From an uncultured Planctomycetota bacterium (GTDB lineage: Bacteria; Planctomycetota; Planctomycetia; Gemmatales; Gemmataceae), in contig CAWKHF010000007.1 of NCBI GenBank assembly GCA_963849325.1, forward strand, positions 128,001-192,000: a DNA stretch of 64,000 nucleotides. Direction: 5' to 3'. The notes beneath the pieces were generated by a model, which was not told where the DNA came from, did not search any database, and saw only the letters and a list, made by a program, of their open reading frames with translations. This document shows positions 22,692 to 36,032 of this stretch, one piece after another. Within the stretch, counting starts at the first letter, position 1; every line of letters begins with the position of its first letter. The position numbers and the translations under genes are program-made.

Positions 22692-23355
22692 ATGTCGTAT
22701 CACCTGCGCGTCAAAATTTGCGGAGTCACCACGGCGGCCGACGCGCGGTTGGCGGCCGAGCTAGGTGCCGACGCGATTGGGCTGAACTTCTATCCGCGTT
22801 CGCCGCGCTGTCTCGGACCCGGCGCGGCAGGCCATCCTGGAGACGCTGCCGCCCTTCGTCGCGGCGGTCGGCGTCTTCGTCGATTGGCCGATGCGTCAAG
22901 TGTTCGAGCAGGTGCAGGCACTGAGGCGCATCCACGTCATCCAGTGGCACGGCCAGGACCGCGAGCTGAGCGATTGTTCCCCCTATCACTACATCGCCGC
23001 CTTTCCGGTGCGCGACGCCGCCAGCCTGGAGGAAATCGAGCGCTATCTGGAGGCGTGCCGAAGGATGGGCTGGCTGCCGTCGGCCTTGCTGTTGGACGGC
23101 CACGCGCCGGGCCAGCACGGCGGTACGGGACAGACGGCGCCGTGGCGATTGCTCGAATCGTTCCGCCCCGGCGTGCCGATCTTCCTGGCCGGCGGTCTGA
23201 CGCCGGACAACGTCGCCGAGGCGGTGCGCCTCGTGCGGCCCTACGGCGTCGATGTCGCCAGCGGCGTCGAGCACGGCCCGGGGCGCAAGGACGCCGACAA
23301 GATGCGCCGCTTCCTCGCCAACGCCCGCGAAGCGGCGGCCCGACTGGAAACGTAG
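22692..23355 (+). CDS. trpF: Phosphoribosylanthranilate isomerase; frameshift near 22820
   Basis: LRVKICGVT, GADAIGLNFYPRSPR, LLLDG...GGTGQT, FLAGGLTPDNVAEAV...PYGVDVASGVE..PGRKD. Confidence 0.93.
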
Positions 23356-23555
23356 TTCTCCCTCTCGCGCCTCGACCCAACTTCTCCAATCTACCTCGCG
23401 TTTTCTTCCTTTCTCCCTGACTTCTCGGCACAGCCGTTCCGGCCGGCATTTCCGGTTTTTTTCCTTCATTTTTCCGATAACGGCGAACGATAAGAACAGT
23501 GTCAAGCCTTGTTGTCCAGGCGGTGTATCGGTGTCCTTGCAGGAGTATCGCGGCG

Positions 23556-25045
23556 ATGAGCCTCCGTGATCCTCAGCCCACGACCGGGCCGTCCCAGCGA
23601 GAGCGCCGGTCGCGCCGGGCCGTCATTCTGACTTCCTACAAGACCGGCGCCACGCGCGGCAAAAACCTCGGCGTCCCCGGCTACTCCTACGACATCGTCG
23701 CCCAGTTGTTCGTTCCGCTGCTGTCGCGCTGGGGAGAAGTCCTCCAGGTGGCGCGCGAGGCGGGTCCGCTGGAGGAGGCCGTGCGCGAGGCCCGGCGGCG
23801 CGGACTCGATCCGGTCCACGTCAGCTTCCTGCCCTTCCAGGACGTTCGCTTAACGCCGTCGGCGCCGAACGTGATCGTGCCCGCCTGGGAGTTTCCCGAC
23901 GTGCCCGACCACGTCTTCGACGGCAACCCGCGCAACAACTGGGTCGCCACCGCCCACCAGTGCGACCTGGTAATCGTCGGCGGACAGTTCACCGTCGATT
24001 CGTTCCAGCGGGCCGGTATCCGCACGCCCATCCGTGTCGTGCCGGTGCCGACGCCCGACGAATACTTCCGCATCTCGGCCTGGAAAGCCGACCAGCACGT
24101 CCGCATTCCGTGCTCCGCTTACGTCTTCCCCCATCCCGAGGTAGCCCGACAGCGCCCTGTGGGACGCCCCGGAGCTGATCGGACCGGCGACGCCGCGGCC
24201 TCCGGTGCGTCGCTGCGAGGCCGGCTGCGCGATAAGGCGCGGCTGGCGTACCGCGATTATTTTAAGCCGCTCGTGCCGCCGGCCATGCACGGCCTGCTCA
24301 AGGTCGCGGCGCGGCGTGCCGGCCGCGATTCGTGGGACCGCTACGTCGAGAGCTGCCGCCGGCCGCACCTGGATCTGTCGGGCGTCGTCTACACGAGCAT
24401 CTTCAACCCCGGCGACGGCCGCAAGAACTGGGAAGACCTGCTCACCGGCTTTCTCTGGGGCCTGCGCGACTGCGCCGACGCCACGCTGGTCGTCAAGCTC
24501 GTCACCAAGGACCGCACGTGGATCGATCGCATCCTGACCTACTACCGCGGCCTGGGCCTGGCGCACCGCTGCAAGGTCGTGTTCATCACGGACTATCTGA
24601 AGCACGGAGCACATGCTCGATCTGGTGCGGGCGAGCACCTACTACCTGACGGCCACTCGCGCCGAGGGCAATTGCTTGCCGGTCATGAACTACCTGGCCG
24701 CCGGTCGGCCGTGCGTCTCGCCCTGCCACACGGCCATCAGCGATTATTTCACCGAAGAGATGGGTTTTGTCGTCGATACGCACCCGGAGCCGGCCATCTG
24801 GCCGCACGACAATCGACTGCGCTTCCAGCACCACCTGGGGCCGCATCGTTTGGCCGTCGCTGGTCGAGCAGATGCGCCAGAGCTACCACGTGGCCCGCCA
24901 CGATCGGCCGGCTTACGACGCCCGGAGCGAGGGCGGTCGGCGCAAGATGTCGCAGTGGGCCAGCGCCGAAAGCATCTGGCCGCGTCTGCGGGCGGCCCTG
25001 GACTTGATCGACACTCTGCGGCCAGCCAAGGGGGAGGCCGCATAG
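23556..25045 (+). CDS. GT-B (GT4-like) glycosyltransferase, paralog 1; frameshifts near 24605 and 24828
   Basis: VPAWEFPD, SIFNPGDGRKNWEDLL, ATRAEGNCLPVMNY. Confidence 0.75.
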
Positions 25046-25164
25046 ACGGGGCCCTTTCTTCATTCGTTAGGCGATTCGAGAGGAGCGTCTGGCGCGAGCC
25101 GGCGGCGAGGTCATCCCCGCCGCCCCGGTCCTCCGTGCGCGTCGCGCTGCCCCAAGGGGACTAC

Positions 25165-26633
25165 ATGAACGGCGAACCGCTGCTTCTCGTCACCTCGATG
25201 TACACCGAGGGCGACCTGGCCCGTCGCCTGGGGCGCGATGCCTACTCCTATCGCTACGTCTATCGCGCCTTCGCGCCGCTGCTGGACCGCTGGGGCCATC
25301 ACCGCGAGGCATCCGGCCCACGCGGCCGACATCGAACAGGCCGTGGCGCGAGGCGAGCCAACACGAGCACGCGCCGATCCACCTCAGCTTCTTGCCGCTG
25401 CACCTGATGGACGTGGTGCCGGGTGTGCCGAACATCGCCGTGCCCGCCTGGGAGTTTCCCGACATCCCGGCCATCGACCTGGAGAACGATCCGCAGCAGA
25501 ACTGGGCGCGCGTGGCCGAGCAGGTGGACCTGATTATCACGCACACGCAGTTCTCGCGCGCCGCCTTCCTGCGGGCCGGCGTGCGGACGCCGGTACACGT
25601 CGTCCCGGTGCCGATCCGGCCGGACTATTTCGCAGGTGCCGGACTGGCGGCCGGGCCAGCGCGTCGTCCTCGATTGTCCGTGCTACGTCTTCCCGCAGCC
25701 CGCCACGCTGCCCGGCCGCCGCGTCCGTGGGTCAGCACGGAGACCGGCCATTTGCCCGCGCGCCCCAGTCTCCGCCAGCTGTACAAGAAGTGCGTCAAGG
25801 CCATGCCGGAGCGGTTCGGCAAGGCGATGCACCGTTCGGCCCGTGCCGTCCGCGCCGCCGTGTGGTCGGCCCGGCAAGTCCTCCAGGAGACCGACATCCG
25901 CCGTCTTTATCCGCCGCGGCCCAGACCTGGAACTGTCCGGCGTCGTTTACACCGCCATCCTCAATCCGTTCGACGCCCGCAAGAACTGGCAGGATTTGCT
26001 GTCGGGCTACCTGCTGGCCCTCCAGGATCGCGACGACGCCACGCTGGTCGTCAAGCTGGTCGTGTCGGCGGAGTGGGAGGCGGAGGCGCTGGCGGAGATT
26101 TTCGCCTTCTATCGCAGCACCGGCCTGAGCCATCGCTGCCGCCTGGCCTTCGTGACGGCGTATCTTTCCGAGGAGCAACTCGTGGAGCTGACGCGGGCCA
26201 GCACTTATTACCTGAACACGTCACGGGCGGAGGGGTCGTGTCTGCCGCTGCAAAACTTCATGGCCGCGGGCCGGCCGGCGCTGGCCCCGCCGCATACCGG
26301 CATGGCCGACTCCCTCGACGAACAGTGCGGCTTCACGCTGGAGTCGCACCCGGAGCCGGCCGGCTGGCCGCAGGAGATCGGCGGCGGCTATCGCACCACC
26401 TGGCACCGCCTGGTTTGGCAATCGCTGCACGATCAACTGCGGGCCAGCTACGAGATCGCCCAGTCACGGCCAGCCACGCTATCCGGTCCTGGCGATCGCG
26501 GTCGCGGGAGCGGATGCGGCAACTGGTCAGCGCCGACAGCGTGTGGCCACGGCTGGCCGCCGCCCTCGATGAGGGTGCGGCGATCCACCGCCGGACGGAC
26601 ATGCGGAGCCGGCCCTGCGTCAAGGCGGTCTGA
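25165..26633 (+). CDS. GT-B (GT4-like) glycosyltransferase, paralog 2; several frameshifts
   Basis: VPAWEFPD, AILNPFDARKNWQDLL, NTSRAEGSCLPLQNF; collinear with paralog 1. Confidence 0.75.
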
Positions 26634-26656
26634 GGCGGCGTCCACAGGGGCAATTC

Positions 26657-28001
26657 ATGGGCCGAGCGTCGATCCTTCTGCTCGCGGGACTGGCGATCCT
26701 GACCGGCACGGCCGGCTGCTCGCTGTGCGGCCATCGCCAGCGACAACGACTGCGACGACCGAGACGGCCGAGCCGGTCCTGCCGGAAGTCGCGCGGACGC
26801 CCCTGGAGCCGGACCTGCTCGCGCTGGCCGCGCTCGGTTCGGCCGGCCGAGCCGCCCGCCGATCCGCAACCTCCACTCTGCCTACCGCGCTCTCACTCCG
26901 CAGCAATGCCAATGCCTGGCGGCGCAGCACGCGCCGACCGCCGACGCGCTCGACCGCCAGCGGCAAAAACTCCAGGAGCAGGACGAGAAAGCCTCCGTCT
27001 GTGCGGCGGTCACCAAGTCCGAGAAACAGCGTGCCTTTCAGGAATCGATGCTGCTTTACAGCGCCCTGGAGGTCCGCGACGACTTCGCCGGCCAGACGCT
27101 GGAGTGGTACTACCAGCTCGCCGGCGCCGAGGCCAAGGCCGACCTGCTCGAACAGCCAGCCTCGACCGCGGCCGCGATACGCTGGAACGCATGGAACGCC
27201 TGAAAAAGCAGGGCATCCGCCTGCCGGCGCCGATCGAGGAGTATCAGCGCCAGATCGTCGACGCTGCAATTACAGCAAGCGCAAAACCAGCTGACCATCG
27301 AGCAGCTCAACAGCAAGCTACGCCAGGCCCTGGGGTTCGATCCCGGCTCCGCCTGGCGACTTCTGGCCGGACCCGGGCGTGCCGCTGGGCACGGAAACAG
27401 TCCCCGACGTGGAGGCGGCCGTGCATCTGGGCCTGGCCCAGCGGCCGCAGCTTCTGTTGCTGCGCGGCATGATCGCCAACCTCAACAAGGACACGCTGGA
27501 TGCCGCCCGCCAATTTCTCAGCACGATCAGCCCTCTGCTCGGCCATGGCCAGCTCCCGACCCCGCTGCAAGGTGACGACCAAGGCGGCGAAGGTGTTCCA
27601 CATCCAGCCGGGCCGAAACGCTCGAGGTCGAGTCCGTCCGCGCCCAGCTGACCGAATATCTCCGCGAGCGCGAACGGGTCGTGGCGGCTGAGGTCCGCGA
27701 GGCGGTCTACGAAGTGAACTTACGGCGCGAGTCGATCCTGCTGGCCCGGCAAGTCGCCGACCGCTGGCACGAGCGCATCCAGGACCGCGAGAAACAGCAG
27801 GCGCAGGGCATGCCGGTCTTCGCCGACCTGACCACGGCGTACATGGAGTGGTACAAGGCGCGCGGCGAGGTGGTCAAGGAGTTCCTCGGCTGGAAGATCG
27901 CCGCCGTCAAGGTGAAGCAGGCCCAAGGCGTTCTGCCGGCCGAATGCGGCTACAGCGGCGAAGAATGCTGCGTCGCCGGCGGTCGGCATCATTCCGGCTA
28001 G
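26657..28001 (+). CDS. Lipoprotein with TolC/outer-membrane-efflux-like helical repeats; several frameshifts
   Basis: Lipobox LTGTAGC; LEWYYQLAGAEAKADLL, EAAVHLGLAQRPQL, VAAEVREAVYEV...WKIAAVKVKQAQGVL. Confidence 0.55.
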
Positions 28002-28006
28002 AATCC

Positions 28007-28073
28007 GAGCCTGAAGCGTAAGCGAAGAAACGACAACCTTCGGTTGTCGTTTCTTCGCTTACGCTTCAGGCTC
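28007..28073. repeat. REP-like palindrome family B, copy 1
   Basis: gagcctgaagcgtaagcgaagaaacgacaacc-ttc-ggttgtcgtttcttcgcttacgcttcaggctc, between convergent genes. Confidence 0.92.
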
Positions 28074-28088
28074 CGAAAGATTGTCGCG

Positions 28089-29224
<1,136 letters not shown>

Positions 29225-29228
<4 letters not shown>

Positions 29229-30406
29229 CCAAACACCTCCGCCGGGTCGGCTGTCTTCACCTTGCGCAGGGCGAGCAGGCCGGACAGCACGCACATGAGG
29301 GACGTCAAACTGAAGATTAACAGGATGCGTAAAGGCGTCAAGTGCATGGGCAGCCCGACCAGCAAGTCCAGGCCGCGATAGAGCAGCGCGCTCAGCGCCA
29401 GCCCCGGCAGGAAGCCGAGTACGGCCAGCCACAGCGCCTCGCGCAGGACCGTGCCGTTGAGGTAGCCGCCGGCGTAGCCGATGGCCTTGAGCGTGGCGTA
29501 CTCGGCCAGGTGCTCGGCCACGTCCGTCGAGATGATCTGGTAGCAGATGACGGCGCCGACGATGAAGCCCATGCACAGACCGAACTGGAAGATGAAGCCG
29601 ACGGGCGTGGCCGTCTGCCAGTAATGCTTCTCGGCGGCGATGAATTCGCCCTTGGTGAACACGTTGACGTCGTCGGGCAACAACTCGCGGACATGCCGTC
29701 GAGCCGCCTCGACGTTGGTCCCCGGCTCCAGCTGGACGACGCCGACGTCGGTCAGGTGGAGCGTGGCGTTGGGCGACAGCTCGTTGGGAAACAGCCGGGA
29801 GTAAGTCAGGTCGCTCATGACGACGCTGCCGTCGCTGGCGAAGTCGGTGCCCAGCGTGAAGGTGTCGGTCACGTGGACGGTATGCTGGGCCAACTCGCGG
29901 TCCATGCCCGCATGGATGTGGCCATACTCGCGCTTCGATTTGAGGTCCATGAGTACGTTGAAGGGAATTTTCAGGTCGGCGCGGTGGGCATTGATGGCCG
30001 GGTTGGTCAGCACGGGCTGTTCGGGGTCGAAGGCGATGACGCGGATGGGGTGAGTGCTGTGCCGCTGGGCCTCGGCGACGCCCGTGTCCTTCCAAAAGGA
30101 CGAGACGTATTCGAGATAGACCGGAAACGCCCGACGCACGCCGGGGACCATGCGCGCCTGTTCGAGACGCTGGCGCGTGAACTGTTCCTTGATGGCCAGG
30201 GCGTAGCGGGCCTTGCTGACGAGGACCAACTCGCCGTTGAACTGCTCGATCAGCTCGACCGAGGCGTCCAACAGCGCGTTCCAGAAGCCCAACTCAACGA
30301 ACATGAGGAAGACGGCGAAAGCGACGGCGAGGACGCGGACGAGCAGGCGGCGCTTGTCGTGCGTCAGGTTGAGCCAGGCCAGCGGCACGCGGGAGAAGAT
30401 CGACAT
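29225..30406 (-). CDS. devC: DevC-family ABC permease
   Basis: PLAWLNLTHDKRRLLV..LAVAFAVFLMFVELGF, YQIISTDVAEHLAEYATLKAIGY, LRKVKTADPAEVF. Confidence 0.9.
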
Positions 30407-30407
30407 A

Positions 30408-31580
30408 TCAGAATAGCTCCGCGGGATCGGCGGCCTTGACCTTGCGCAGCGCCAGCAGGCCGGACAGCGAGCACATGACGATCGACAACAGCAGTACGCC
30501 GCCGGCCCGTCCCCAGGTCATCGACAACAGCAGGCTGGTCATTTCCCGGCCCAGGGCGTACAGGGCCAGCGCCACCACGAAGCCCGGCAGATAGCCGAGC
30601 ACCGCCAACGCCAGCGCCTGCCGCAGCACGACGCCGGACAAATAGCGCGGGCCGTAGCCGATGGCCTTGAGCGTGGCGTACTCGGCGAAGTGATCGGTGA
30701 TGTCCGTGGCGATGACCTGGTAGACGAAAATCACGCCGACGATGAGGGCCACGACCACGCCCAGGAGGAAGATGATGCCGACTGAGGTGCGGTACATCCA
30801 ATACTCCCGTTCGCGCTGCTCGACCTCGCCGCGCGTGAAGACGCGGACCTCGTCGCGCGGGCTGGTGGTGTACAGGGAGCGGGCTAGGTCCGCCTTGACC
30901 GCGTCGGCCCGAGCGCGCGCTTCCGGCTTGAGCTTGATTAACCCAAGGGCGGGCTGTTGCAGCGCCTTGGCGGCGTTGAGGCGGGCGTAGGTGCGGTCGC
31001 TGGTCAGGACCATGCCGTCGGAGCCGTAGCCGGTGCCGATGGTGAACTGGCCGACGACCTCGACGGTGGTTTGGTTCAACTCGGTCTCGACGCCGCGATG
31101 GCGCGGCCCGAAGTAATTGCGAGTGCCGGTGTCCATCAGCACGGTGTCCGGCGTGCGCAGCCGGCGCAGGCACTTATCGGCCGACTCGGTACGGAAGACG
31201 CGCTCGCGCCGCCACACAGGGTCGTCGAGGTTGCAGGCGAGGACAAGGATGGCGCGGCGCTGCTTGCTGCGGTCCTGGATGCGCCAGGTGGACCAGTCGA
31301 TGTACAGCGGCGAGACGTTGGCGACATCGCCGTGCTCCAGTGCCTGGTAGACGCGGTAGAGAGGAAAGCTGCGAGGCCGCGTCGTGTTGAGATAATTACT
31401 CGACAGCAGGACCAGGTCGAAATCGAGGGCGTCATACAGCGTCGTCGAGGCCAGCTCGGCGGAGCCGTAAAAACCCAGCTGCATGAACACGAGCAGAATG
31501 GCGAAGGACACACCGAGGACGGCCACGAGGGTCCGCACCGGCTGATGCAGCAGGTTCCGCAATACCAGGGGCGTTTTCAT
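30408..31580 (-). CDS. devC: DevC-family ABC permease (second copy)
   Basis: MKTPLVLRNL..QPVRTLVAVLGVSFAILLVFMQLGF, YQVIATDITDHFAEYATLKAIGY, ADPAELF. Confidence 0.9.
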   Translation of the reverse strand: MKTPLVLRNLLHQPVRTLVAVLGVSFAILLVFMQLGFYGSAELASTTLYDALDFDLVLLSSNYLNTTRPRSFPLYRVYQALEHGDVANVSPLYIDWSTWRIQDRSKQRRAILVLACNLDDPVWRRERVFRTESADKCLRRLRTPDTVLMDTGTRNYFGPRHRGVETELNQTTVEVVGQFTIGTGYGSDGMVLTSDRTYARLNAAKALQQPALGLIKLKPEARARADAVKADLARSLYTTSPRDEVRVFTRGEVEQREREYWMYRTSVGIIFLLGVVVALIVGVIFVYQVIATDITDHFAEYATLKAIGYGPRYLSGVVLRQALALAVLGYLPGFVVALALYALGREMTSLLLSMTWGRAGGVLLLSIVMCSLSGLLALRKVKAADPAELF

Positions 31581-31593
31581 CGGCACCCCTTTC

Positions 31594-31652
31594 GTTTAGC
31601 CGCGACGCGCAGCGGAGCGCGGCTCGCGCTCCGCTGCGCGTCGCGGCTAAAC
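31594..31652. repeat. REP-like palindrome family A, copy 1
   Basis: gtttagccgcgacgcgcagcggagcgc-loop-gcgctccgctgcgcgtcgcggctaaac. Confidence 0.95.
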
Positions 31653-31680
31653 AAGGATTTCGACGGAGTAGAACCGTGTT

Positions 31681-32859
31681 TTAGCGTGTACCATCGGCCC
31701 GCCCCGTCTCAATCTCGACCCGGACTTGATGCCCGATCAGGTCGGCGACGCGCTGGGGCTGGTCCAGTTCGACCTTCACGTCCACGACGCGATTATCCAC
31801 GGCGGCGCGCGGGTCCAGATCGACCACCCGCTCGGCCAATACTCGATCCCTTCCATACGACCCGGCCGGTCAGCGACTCGTCCGGCTTGAAAATGTGGCT
31901 GGTCACGGTCGCCTTCTGGCCGACCTGGACGCGCTCGATGTCGGTCTCGTAAACTTCGGTTAGAACGATCATTTTCGCGGTGTTGGCCAGCTGCAAGATG
32001 GGCTGGCCGCGGACCAGCTCGCCTTCGTGAACGTGGATGCGGAGGATCTTGCCGCCCGTGGGCGCCGGACTTGCGTCTCCTTGAGCCGTTCGTTCGCCTG
32101 GGCGATTTGCTGCTCGAGCAGCTCCAGCGAGATGGCGCTCTGGTTGCGCTTCAGCTCGGCCTTGGCGGACTCCAGCTGCGCCTTGGCCAAGCTGCGGTTC
32201 AGCTCTTGGCCCTTGCTCATCTTTTTGTACTGGCATTCGGCGGCGACGAGTTCGGCGTGGATCTGGTTCCGCAGTAGTCGTTGCTTTTCCTTGTCCTGAT
32301 CGGCGACGGTGTCCCCGGCCGCGACGTAGCGCTCGTAATCCCTCTTGGCGTTTTCTTCCTGGGCCTTGAGAAAGTCGATCTTGGTCTTCTGCGCCTCGAT
32401 TTCGAGGGGTTCGACTTCCTCGATCTGCTCGCCGCGAATCTCTTCGACGTGGATCTGGGCGTTGCCACTGGCCGTGATGGCCTGCAAGCGTTTCTTCGCT
32501 TCCTCCAGCTGCGCCTCCGCCACTTTTCGTTCCAGCTCGCGCAAGGTCTCGCTATCCAGGACGGCCAGCAACTGGCCCTTCTCGACGTGGTTGCCCTCCT
32601 GCACCTTCAGCTGGGCGATGCGATCCGGCACCGACACGCCAACCGAGAGCACGTCGTCCTTGGGCTCGATGCGTCCCAGGGCAACAACCTTGTCGAGGGC
32701 GCCGTCCGGCCCGCTGTCGCCGCCCGCTTCCGACGGCGCCGCCGGATTGCCGCGCAGCGAGACCGTGACCCAGCCGGCGGCGAACCCAGCGCCCAGGGCC
32801 GCGATGGTCAGGAGTATCCACAACCCCGTATGCCCGCGTCTCTGGGGTTGAGCCGGCAT
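31681..32859 (-). CDS. devB: DevB/HlyD-family membrane fusion protein; frameshifts near 32065 and 31825
   Basis: N-terminal TM, VVALGRIEPKDDVLSV...IAQLKVQEGNHVEKGQLLAVLDS, coiled coil, EVYETDIERVQVGQKATV, DNRVVDVKVELD...GTR-stop at 31681. Confidence 0.85.
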
Positions 32860-33175
32860 GGTTAAGCCTCGCCTTCGAGAGAGCCGTCAAGGACAAGAAA
32901 CCACAAACGAGTCAAGATCGTTAAAGAATGATAAACCCCGTTTCTCGGTGAAGGCAAGCTGCTTTTCGCAACCGCGCCTTCCGCGTCCGTGGCGCCGCTG
33001 GAAAAATCGGCATCCTCCGCGGGGAGATGGCTCGGCCTTGCGCCGTCTTCCGCGCCGCGGCGCCCCTCGCCACCCCGGGTTGATTTGCCCACCCGCTCGC
33101 ACTACAATCTGAGAGGGTCATGGGTTGATCGCCTGAAAAAATGCCACACCTTTCCGCTACCCTTGTCCCCACAGG

Positions 33176-33249
33176 ATTCAGTGACGTCGCAAGGCGTTGA
33201 GCAGAGCAGAGCAGAACGTTTTACCGACCGCGCTCGCAAGGGGATGCAG
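33176..33249 (+). repeat. Diverged tandem duplicate of the clpC leader and codons 3-14
   Basis: 33176-33209 matches 33251-33284 (29/34); 33214-33249 matches 33306-33341 (30/36) and reads [12 protein letters not shown]. Confidence 0.85.
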
Positions 33250-33299
33250 AATTCAGTGATGCCGGAAGGCGTTGAGCCAAGCAGCGGGGAGATTATCGG

Positions 33300-35822
33300 A
33301 TGTATGAACGCTTCACGGATCGCGCCCGCAAGGTGATGCAGCTGGCCAACCAGGAGGCCCAGCGCTTCAACCACGAGTACATCGGCACCGAGCACATCCT
33401 CCTGGGCCTGGTCAAGGAAGGCTCCGGCGTCGCCGCCAACGTCCTCAAGAACCTCGACATCGACCTGCGCAAGATCCGCCTGGAGGTCGAGAAGATCGTC
33501 CAGTCCGGCCCGGACATGGTCACGATGGGCAAGCTGCCCCAGACGCCGCGGGCCAAGAAGGTCATCGAGTACTCCATCGAAGAGGCCCGCAACCTCAACC
33601 ACAACTACGTCGGCACCGAACACCTGCTGCTGGGCCTGCTGCGCGAGCAGGAGGGCGTGGCCGCCCAGGTCCTCATGAACCTCGGGCCTCAAGCTGGAAG
33701 ACGTGCGCGAGGAAGTCCTGAACTTACTGGGGCACAATATGGCGACGGAAGAAAGCGGCGGCGGCGGCGGCGGCGAACGGCAGACGAGCAAGGGCAAGTC
33801 CAAGACCCCGGCCCTGGACAGCTTCGGCCGCGACCTCACCGAACTGGCCCGCCAGGGCAAGCTCGACCCGGTCATCGGCCGGCAGAACGAGATCGAGCGC
33901 GTCATCCAGGTCCTCAGCCGCCGCACCAAGAACAACCCCGTCCTGCTCGGCGAGGCCGGCGTCGGCAAGACCGCCATCGTCGAGGGCCTGGCCCAGCTGG
34001 TCGTCGATAGCAACGTCCCCGAGCTGCTGCGCGACCGCCGCATCGTCGTCCTCGACCTGGCCATGATGGTCGCCGGCACCAAGTACCGCGGCCAGTTCGA
34101 GGAGCGCATCAAGGCCGTCATGAACGAGGTCCGCCGGGCCAAGAACACCATCCTGTTCATCGACGAGCTGCACACGCTCGTCGGCGCCGGCGGCGCCGAA
34201 GGGCGCCATCGACGCCTCCAACGTGCTCAAGCCGGCCCTGGCCCGCGGCGAGATCCAGTGCATCGGCGCCACCACCCTCGACGAGTACCGCAAGTACATC
34301 GAGAAGGACGGCGCCCTGGACCGCCGCTTCCAGCAGATCATCGTCAACCCGCCCTCCAAGGACGAGACGATCGAGATCCTCAAGCGGCCTGCGCGACCGC
34401 TACGAGGCGCACCACCGCGTCCAGATCAAGGACGAGGCGCTGGAGGCGGCCGTCGAGCTGTCCGACCGCTACATCAGCGGCCGCTGCCTGCCGGACAAGG
34501 CCATCGACGTGATCGACGAGGCCGGCGCCCGCGTCCGCCTCAAGGCCATGACCCGGCCGCCGGACCTCAAGGAGCATCGACGGCCAGATCGAGCAGCTCA
34601 ACCAGGAGAAGGAGGCCGCCGTCGCCGAGCAGGACTTCGAGAAGGCCGCCCACCTGCGCGACCAGGCCGACAAGCTCAAGAAGAAGAAGGAGACCGATCA
34701 CCCGCGAGTGGCGCGAGAAGTCCAAGGAGATCGACGGCGTCGTCGATGAGGAGGTGATCCCGAGGTCGTCAGCAAGATGACCGGCGTGCCGCTGACGCGC
34801 ATCGACGACGACGAGACGCAGCGCCTGCTGACGATGGAAGACGAGCTGCACAAGCACGGTCGTCAGCCAGCACGAGGCCATCAAGGCCATCGCCAAGGCG
34901 GTGCGCAAGAGCCGGGCCGGCCTGAAGGACCCGAAGCGGCCGATCGGCAGCTTCATCTTCGCCGGCCCCACCGGCGTCGGCAAGACGCTGCTGGCCAAGC
35001 AGCTGGCCAAGTTCATGTTCGGCGACGAGAACGCGCTGGTGCAGATCGACATGTCCGAGTACATGGAGAAGCACAACGTCAGCCGGCTCGATCGGCGCCC
35101 CGCCGGGCTACATCGGCTACGAAGAGGGCGGCCAGCTGACCGAGAAGATCCGCCGCCGGCCGTACAGCGTGGTGCTGCTCGACGAGATCGAGAAGGCCCA
35201 CCCCGACGTCTGGAACATGCTGCTGCAGATCATGGAGGAGGGCCGGCTGACCGACAACGTCGGCCGGACGATCGACTTCAAGAACACCATCCTGATCATG
35301 ACGACGAACATCGGCGCCGAGCAGATCGCCGGCCGCCGCGAGTTCGGCATCCACACCGCCGGCGCCGCAACGAGGACGCGACCTACGAGGCCATGAAGGA
35401 GCAGCTCAAGGACGAGATGGAGACGCAACTTCCGGCCGGAGTTCCTCAACCGCCTGGACGACATCATCGTCTTCCGCAGCCTGACCGAGGACGACCTCAA
35501 GCACATCATCGACATCGAGCTGGCCAAGGTGACGAAGCGGCTGACCGAGAAGGGCCTGACGCTGGTGCTGACCGACGAGGCCAAGGACTTCCTGATCGAG
35601 AAGGGCACCAGCCTCGAGTACGGTGCCCGGCCGCTGCGCCGGGCCATCGAGCACTACCTCGAAGACCCGCTGTCCGAGGACTTGCTGCGCGGCACCTTCG
35701 AGGGCAAGGACACCATCACCGTGCGCGTCAAGGAGGAGAACGGCGAGAAGAAGCTGTCCTTCGACGCCACGACGACCGCCACGCCCGAACTGGTCGGCGC
35801 CGGCAGCGAGGCCAAGAACTGA
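33300..35822 (+). CDS. clpC: ATP-dependent Clp protease ATP-binding subunit ClpC; about ten frameshifts in this assembly
   Basis: [90 protein letters not shown]. Confidence 0.95.
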
Positions 35823-35850
35823 CACCCGCCGGTCCAAAACCGCAACTTCT

Positions 35851-35883
35851 GAGGGGCACCTGGCAAAGGTGCCCCTCTTTTTT
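35851..35883 (+). terminator. Intrinsic terminator after clpC
   Basis: gaggggcacct-ggcaa-aggtgcccctc followed by tttttt. Confidence 0.8.
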
Positions 35884-35889
35884 CTCTTC

Positions 35890-35956
35890 CGTTTAGCCGC
35901 GACGCGCAGCGGAGCGCGGGAACCTCCCGCGCTCCGCTGCGCGTCGCGGCTAAACG
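35890..35956. repeat. REP-like palindrome family A, copy 2
   Basis: Same arms as 31594, different loop. Confidence 0.95.
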
Positions 35957-36032
35957 TGAAACGGGTTGCTCGATGCGTCCTTGAATGTTTCCGATTGGAA
36001 ATGCGCTTCGATAACAACGCTTCCAGGTCGAA

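Noticed and set aside
33300-35822. About ten frameshifts in clpC, suggesting a pseudogene or programmed frameshifting
   Set aside because: All motifs are intact, no in-frame stops are evident in the reconstructed frame and codon bias is strong. Single-base indels affect many unrelated genes in the window, so assembly or consensus error is the simpler explanation.
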